Of a stretch of DNA of 32,000 bases, positions 26,827 to 32,000 are shown in pieces (position 1 is the first letter of the stretch; each line of letters starts with the position of its first letter). The translations under genes were made by a program, and so were the position numbers. This DNA is from Candidatus Baldrarchaeota archaeon (GTDB taxonomy: Archaea; Asgardarchaeota; Baldrarchaeia; Baldrarchaeales; DXJG01). Under the pieces are notes generated by a model. That model saw only the letters and a program-made list of their open reading frames with translations, searched no databases and was not told the origin of the DNA. Location: NCBI GenBank assembly GCA_019056805.1, contig DXJG01000007.1:75513-107512 (forward strand). The letters run 5' to 3'.

Positions 26827-28197
26827 TTATTGTCCTATTAGTTCTAGTTTTTCAAATGCTATGGGTGGAAGTTTCATATTTTCGATTAACTCTTGTTCTC
26901 TGCCTATCATTAGAATATTTTTGAGGGCTTCATAGAAGTTTCCTGAAAGTAGTGCATGTTTTATTGGTTTTTCTAGTGAACCGTTCTCAATTAACGTTGC
27001 GCTTCTTACTTCAAGTCCGAAAGTTCCTGTGAAAGGATCTGCAAAGGGTGCGGCAAATTTTTCGATCAAACAGCCTCTATCAATTTCGCTAATCATTCTT
27101 TCTAAACTTTTATTTCCAGGTTTTATCGCTATGTTCGATACAGCACAGTTAACTGGTCTCATGAATATTTCTTCAACAGTTCTTGTAAGTCTTCTATAGC
27201 CGTTTCCTGTAGATTCGGTGTCAGCAATATAGGCATTGTATGTATCATAAATGAAATTTTTCAATATGCCGTTTTCAATTATCTTTTTGGTCGCTGTTGG
27301 TACTCCTTCATCGTCAATTAAAGCGCTGAGAATTCCGCCAGGCATTCTACCGTCATCTATTACCGTTAAAGTTTTTGAAGCTACTTCGTTATTTAATTTA
27401 TCTTTCCAAGGGCTTCTCTGCTTGTTTACATGTTCTCCGCTTATGGCAAAGGCAACAGTGGATTCGAAGAGGCCTTGAAGCTCTACAGGGACTATTATTA
27501 CAGGCATTTCCTCTTTACCTTTATATGACTCGGCCCTTAGTGTTGTTAATGTTTTTCTTTGAAGCTCGTTTCCTATTTTTTCAAAGTCCAAGTTTTTCAG
27601 AGTAGTTGAATAAGCTTTTTCAACACCTTCACCTACACGTCCATTTTCACTCGCCTTCGCTGAAAAATGCAGGAACACTAGTGTTCCCTTATGGCTTTGA
27701 TCTACTCCAAGAGAATTTGCAACATGAAAAGTAAATTCTCCAATTCTTAACAATCCATTAAGAACCTTAACATTAACTTTACTTTCAGCAGTCTTTACAA
27801 GTTGATTAACAACCTTTAATAATTCTCTTTCCTCTGTTTCAACAAGTTCCTCATCATAAACATTCTCTACCGTACCTGAAGGTTTTCTTGGAACAGGTAA
27901 AGCCTCGAAATTCGGATCCTCAGGGCTAACTTTTGCTATGCTTATACATTCATCTACAACTTTCTCCACATCTTTATCGGAGAATATAGTTGATGCAGCA
28001 AATCCTACATGTTTTCCAATGGCGCATTTTAGGCCTAAGCCTATTGAAACATTATTTGTTGAGAGATGAGGAACACTATTCTCCACGTATATATTTCTGG
28101 TTCTCGTATATGCGGTGAAAACTTCCACTTGATCAGCGCCCTGTTTGCTTGCCATTCTTATCGCTTGAATACTTATTTTTGTGAGTTTTTCAAGCAT
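26827..28197 (-). CDS. pmbA: PmbA/TldE family protein
   Basis: GADQVEVF, VANSLG, TVIDDG, DDEGVPT, IIENGIL..FIYD, STGNG, SGNFYEAL. Lacks HExxxH; its ATG abuts the tldD stop (TAAATG). Confidence 0.9.
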   Translation of the reverse strand: MLEKLTKISIQAIRMASKQGADQVEVFTAYTRTRNIYVENSVPHLSTNNVSIGLGLKCAIGKHVGFAASTIFSDKDVEKVVDECISIAKVSPEDPNFEALPVPRKPSGTVENVYDEELVETEERELLKVVNQLVKTAESKVNVKVLNGLLRIGEFTFHVANSLGVDQSHKGTLVFLHFSAKASENGRVGEGVEKAYSTTLKNLDFEKIGNELQRKTLTTLRAESYKGKEEMPVIIVPVELQGLFESTVAFAISGEHVNKQRSPWKDKLNNEVASKTLTVIDDGRMPGGILSALIDDEGVPTATKKIIENGILKNFIYDTYNAYIADTESTGNGYRRLTRTVEEIFMRPVNCAVSNIAIKPGNKSLERMISEIDRGCLIEKFAAPFADPFTGTFGLEVRSATLIENGSLEKPIKHALLSGNFYEALKNILMIGREQELIENMKLPPIAFEKLELIGQ

Positions 28198-29577
28198 TTA
28201 ACCACCTCCAACAAGGATCTTAGCTCTCATATATGGTCCACCTGTTGAAACTGGTACAAAGTCCTCTTCGCCTTTACCGCAGTTTCCACCATGAAGCGTA
28301 AAATCTTTGCTAACTGCGTCAACGGTTTTCAAAATATCTAAGGCTTTTCCGGTAAGTGTAAAAGATCTAACCAATTTTCTCTTTTCGCCATTCTCTATTA
28401 TGTATCCTTTTAGAACTCTTGCTTCAAAACCTCCTCCAACAGGGTCTTCCATGCCGCTTAAAGCCTTCACAGCTAATAGTCCTTCCTTTGTTTCACTTAT
28501 CATTTCTTCTAAATCCCAGTCACCCTTTTCAAAGAAGGTATTTGTCATCCGTACCCATACGCGTCTATTATAGTCTTGAGCTCTTCCATTTCCAGTAGGT
28601 TTAACATTCATTGTTGCAGCAGTTTCTAAATTATGCATATAACCTTTGTAAACGCCATTTTCAATTATAATTGTTCTTGAGGAAGGTGTCCCTTCGCTAT
28701 CGAAAAGTATTGTTCCGTATGCTCCAGGTATAGTGCCATCATCAACCATAGTTACTAATTCGCTTCCAACCTTTTTTCCAACAACTCCTGTTAAAAAGCT
28801 GCGTTTCTTAACAATTTCATCTGCTTCAGAAGCATGTCCCATAACTTCATGAGCAAGAAGACCAGCTACATCAGGATCTATAATCACAGTTAAGTAGCCG
28901 CCTGGAGGCTTTTCTGCACTAAGTAATTCGACAGCTTCTTTAGCAACATTTTCTCCTTCAACATTTGGATCTATTTCTTTTACAAGCTCATATCCACGGG
29001 TTCCACTTTTCACAAAGTAAGAGGATTGCATTTTCCCTGCTTCAAAAGCAACTGGCATAGCCACTACGCCTATTCTTATTTCGCCCCACTCAATTTTCGA
29101 TCCTTCAGAATTTACAACTGTGAAGTTAATGCACGAGTCCGAATATCTGGTGTTGCTGTTTACAACTCTTTCATCTGCTTTTCTCTGAGCTTTATCCAAT
29201 TCTAAAAGTAGATTGATTTTTTCTTCAAGGCTAATTTCCTGCGGATTAATTTTAATTGGAGGTTTATACTTTTTCTCAACTACAACTGAGTTTAACTCTA
29301 TTTTTTCCGTGCCTTTGGTGGATTTAACTATTTTGACCGCTTTTTCTGCAGCGGACTTAAGCGTTTCCCATGAAAGTTCTGTAGATGACGCATATCCCCA
29401 GTGTCCATTTAGGAAAGCTCTTATTGAAACTCCACTTCTAACATTTCGAGAAATAGCTCTTATGTTTCCGTTTGTAGTCAAAATTTGTAGGTTCTCTCTT
29501 TGTTCAAACCTAGCATCACAGAAGTCTACTCCCAGCTTTCTCATATAATCTACTAATTTTTCCAGAGTATCTAGCAA
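28198..29577 (-). CDS. tldD: TldD family metalloprotease
   Basis: Zn motif LAHEVMGHASEAD, FDSEG, GNGRAQ...VRMTNT, C-terminal GNCGKG...VSTGGP. TTG 29577 with GAGGGAAGGG upstream preferred over the ORF-track ATG 29619 (459 aa). Confidence 0.93.
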   Translation of the reverse strand: MLDTLEKLVDYMRKLGVDFCDARFEQRENLQILTTNGNIRAISRNVRSGVSIRAFLNGHWGYASSTELSWETLKSAAEKAVKIVKSTKGTEKIELNSVVVEKKYKPPIKINPQEISLEEKINLLLELDKAQRKADERVVNSNTRYSDSCINFTVVNSEGSKIEWGEIRIGVVAMPVAFEAGKMQSSYFVKSGTRGYELVKEIDPNVEGENVAKEAVELLSAEKPPGGYLTVIIDPDVAGLLAHEVMGHASEADEIVKKRSFLTGVVGKKVGSELVTMVDDGTIPGAYGTILFDSEGTPSSRTIIIENGVYKGYMHNLETAATMNVKPTGNGRAQDYNRRVWVRMTNTFFEKGDWDLEEMISETKEGLLAVKALSGMEDPVGGGFEARVLKGYIIENGEKRKLVRSFTLTGKALDILKTVDAVSKDFTLHGGNCGKGEEDFVPVSTGGPYMRAKILVGGG

Positions 29578-29904
29578 AATGAACACCCTTCCCTCGTAAA
29601 TTTGTAGCAAACTAATCATTTAAGGTTTAGCTACGATACTATGTTTTATGTTAGTATTTTAATGTTTAGTTAGGTTTGATTTAAGAGATTATGCGCATCT
29701 ACTTTACTTGTAGTGTTGTAATGAGAAATCATTAATTTGTGATGTAAATGGTTTTCTAGGGAAATGATTACACACATAATTTGATAGTAAGACTACTTCT
29801 ACTAGGTAACCCGTCCCTTACATGTAAGCTACCTAATTTTAAACAAGTAAATCATAAACCCTATCTTTAAGTAATTTTATTCACTTGATTTATCGTGAGT
29901 AGTT

Positions 29905-30540
29905 ATGTACAAAAATTTTAATTTAATATGTGAAGTGGACGATTTTCTTAAAGATAAGGTTTCTCGATGTATCGAAGATGTCATTGACAGAGTAGAGCAA
30001 TTTGAGCCTAATGTTATTTCTAAGAGGCTTACTATTAAAATTAAGGATGAGCCCTATGGTGGAAAAGTCAATATTAAAAAGTTTGAAATTATTTTGGATG
30101 AAGAATTGGTTAGAACTGCTGATGAGAATTTTATTCGATGGTTAATTGCTCACGAAATAGCTCATATTGACTGTAGAGTTAAGAGAATGACTCCCCTAGC
30201 ACCATCTTTTTGGAAAACCTTTCTCTTTCTTTTAAGGCATCCAAAGTTTCTAATTAAACCTTGGCTTTTCGCTTTTACTGCGAAAATTCTCGAAGATATC
30301 TATGTTAATAGGAAAATTGTTGAATGGGGCTTTATTGAAGAGTTCACTGAGTTTGCTGAAAGATATTATATTAAAGACTTTGGTACCAGAGCTACTTTCG
30401 CTGGAGGCATTACTGAACTTAAAGACAAACTAATATATTTTTTGGGAGAAGACTACCTAACAGACATTCTACATTTCCTTGATAAAGATATAAAATACTT
30501 CGCAAAGATAAGCTTCTTACATAAAATACGAAAAATCTAG
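29905..30540 (+). CDS. hypothetical zincin-like metallopeptidase (HExxH)
   Basis: 211 aa; LIAHEIAH followed about 45 residues later by LEDIYVN (gluzincin-like third ligand). No signal peptide. Confidence 0.7.
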   Translation: MYKNFNLICEVDDFLKDKVSRCIEDVIDRVEQFEPNVISKRLTIKIKDEPYGGKVNIKKFEIILDEELVRTADENFIRWLIAHEIAHIDCRVKRMTPLAPSFWKTFLFLLRHPKFLIKPWLFAFTAKILEDIYVNRKIVEWGFIEEFTEFAERYYIKDFGTRATFAGGITELKDKLIYFLGEDYLTDILHFLDKDIKYFAKISFLHKIRKI

Positions 30541-30789
30541 AGACCATAAAAACATTTTCCAAAAGAAACTTTTAAACACTTGTTATCAACTATTTTTATG
30601 ATTTTTCAGTTATATATGGTTTGTGTGTTTAGCTTTAGTCCTCTCTCTACATTATTTGAGTAGTATCTAATGAAATAAAGGTACGTTGAACCAGAATTTT
30701 AATACTATTGATAGTAATGTTTGTATTCATAAAAAATAAATACTTCATTACTCAAAATGCTTAATGATTAATATGCATGGGGAGGTACC

Positions 30790-30981
30790 TTGAACATTAA
30801 ACAAAATGTAGTATTTAAGAAACTTTGTAGAAATCTACATAAGTATTTTTTCATTTTTGCTATAACTTTTCACTACCGTATGCGGAGATTTATTTTCTTT
30901 GTAAACTCTGCATTTGTGGGCCTGCTAGAAGGATTAGCAATCTACTTAGGTCCAAGGGAAATGAAGTTGAATACACCATAA
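30790..30981 (+). CDS. possible small hydrophobic protein (63 aa)
   Basis: TTG start preceded by GGGGAGGT at short spacing; two moderately hydrophobic segments; no family recognised. Confidence 0.25.
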   Translation: MNIKQNVVFKKLCRNLHKYFFIFAITFHYRMRRFIFFVNSAFVGLLEGLAIYLGPREMKLNTP

Positions 30982-30999
30982 GGAAGATTAATAGGATTC

Positions 31000-32000
31000 A
31001 TGAACGTGAATTTTCAATTATTTTCGGAAAAATTAAGGTTAACGGGACTAAGAGCTGAAAGCTGAAAGGAATGCAAAAGTTTAGACGAAGTGATAGAATG
31101 CTTGTTAGAAAAACTATCAAAGCAAAAATAATCGAAGTTAATAGAAGTAAGTTAGATGTTTTAGGAAGAGAGTACACTAACTTTCAGAGAGCTCTAAGGG
31201 GAGAAGATGTTAAGTTATATTCAGCAACAAAGCAGCAGGTTGAGAAATTGTTGAGAAAAATAAAAAAAACAGAATGGAGGAAAGTTAAAACAGAAAAAGT
31301 ATCCTCTTATTCTGAGAAATGACGTGTACCATGTTTATAATGTCTGGATAACTAATAATACTCTAACAAAATACTGGATTAAAATTCCGGTTCATGGGGT
31401 TAGAGGTGGAATTAGGCTCCCTATTAAACTACATTGTGAAATTGAAGAGGACTGGAAATTTAAGGAAGCTAAGGTTTTCAGAAGAGGGGATGATTGGTTT
31501 GTTCATATAACTGTTGAGAAGGATATTAAAATCAGACAGAGCTATGATAACATCTTAGCCATTGATTTAGGGATAAGAAGAATAGCAACAGTTGTTTCAA
31601 CCGCTGATAAAAGACCGAAATTTTACGGAAAGGAGCTTAGAAGAATTAGAGGGCACTACTTCTACTTAAGGAGAAAATTGGGGAAGCAAAAGAAGTTTAA
31701 AGCAATAAAGAAGATCGGTAAGAATGAGAGAAGAATAATTGATGACTACCTGCACAAGATTTCAAGGGAAATTGTTGAGAGAGCTAAAGAAAGAGAATGC
31801 TATTATCGTATTGGGAGACCTGAAGGGAATAAGGAAGCAAAATAAGGGTAGAAAGTTTAACAGGAAGCTCCATTCTTTTCCCTATTATCGTTTGTCTAAA
31901 TTCATCGAGTATAAAGCAAACTGGGAGGGTATAATGGTCGTTAGAATCAATGAAGCGAATACATCAAAGTTGTGTTCCCGTTGCGGTTCTCAAGGTTTGA
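31000..32000 (+). mobile_element. IS200/IS605-family (IS1341-like, tnpB-only) element; boundaries not resolved
   Basis: tnpB present and no tnpA-like ORF in the roughly 550 nt upstream. The left end could not be identified, so the start coordinate is approximate. Confidence 0.6.
31098..32000 (+). pseudogene. tnpB: IS200/IS605-family TnpB (RNA-guided nuclease) interrupted by two frameshifts; truncated by window end
   Basis: Three consecutive frames join into one protein: KTIKAKI...LYSATKQQ / KYPLILRND...YWIKIP...RuvC-I ILAIDLGIRRIA...DDYLHKISREIV / IVLGDL...FIEYKA..EGI.V..INEANTSKLCSRCG. Each junction (A8 at 31262-31269; about 31790-31792) needs removal of one base. ATG 31098 has GTGA upstream. 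Confidence 0.92.

Noticed and set aside
28198-28215. TldD C-terminal GGG as a ubiquitin-like tail
   Set aside because: A Gly-rich end is ordinary for TldD proteins, and here it also encodes the pmbA RBS (GGAGGTGG).
152-29548. The many 60-156 aa ORF-track entries antisense to or nested in long genes (e.g. 1203-1673, 13986-14378, 16731-16988, 23154-23447, 23915-24184, 29213-29548)
   Set aside because: They are shadow frames of well-supported genes, with no RBS or motif support. The Cys-rich look of 23154-23447 comes from the overlapping Fe-S gene.
6220-29828. Palindromes CTTACAT-TT-ATGTAAG (6220-6235) and CTTACATGTAAG (29817-29828) as a shared operator
   Set aside because: The half-site spacing differs, the flanking genes are unrelated, and two AT-rich instances are not enough.
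30980-31097. IS left-end hairpin and AGCTGAA tandem repeat upstream of tnpB
   Set aside because: Only short, weak palindromes are present, so the element boundary cannot be set without an empty-site comparison.
31255-31275. Programmed -1 ribosomal frameshift at the A-run in tnpB
   Set aside because: The downstream frame is +1, not -1, and a second shift is also needed. TnpB is not known to be made this way.
1-32000. CRISPR array, tRNA or rRNA genes
   Set aside because: I saw no regularly spaced direct repeats and no GC-rich cloverleaf or rRNA-like tract. The intergenic regions are short and AT-rich. This was a visual scan only.

Overview
AT-rich prokaryotic window that reads as archaeal. 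The evidence is an archaeal-type Ski2-like helicase with a Cys-containing N-terminal domain, a tungsten AOR-family enzyme, a TIGR02253-like HAD protein, TATA-like boxes and GGAGG/GGTGA ribosome-binding sites. The lineage cannot be fixed from the sequence alone. Left part: adenine deaminase; a co-oriented helicase, endonuclease III and ferritin-like trio; a membrane-anchored beta-propeller plus clostripain (C11) protease; a radical SAM protein with an extra EndoIII-type Cys motif; a DASS/SLC13 transporter with a large inserted loop. Centre (about 12.9-21.0 kb): a complete phosphotransferase system with stand-alone EI, HPr, EIIA, EIIB and UlaA/SgaT-family EIIC. It is flanked by two SIS sugar-phosphate enzymes, an orphan membrane-anchored protein and a HAD homologue with eroded catalytic motifs. 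This is the strongest candidate for an undescribed system. Right part: Fe-S subunit plus AOR, a saccharopine/carboxyspermidine dehydrogenase-family gene, a coiled-coil protein, TldD/PmbA, an orphan zincin, and a doubly frameshifted TnpB with a rearranged RuvC-II site running off the window end. I saw no rRNA, tRNA or CRISPR array. All family assignments come from motif recognition, not database searches.
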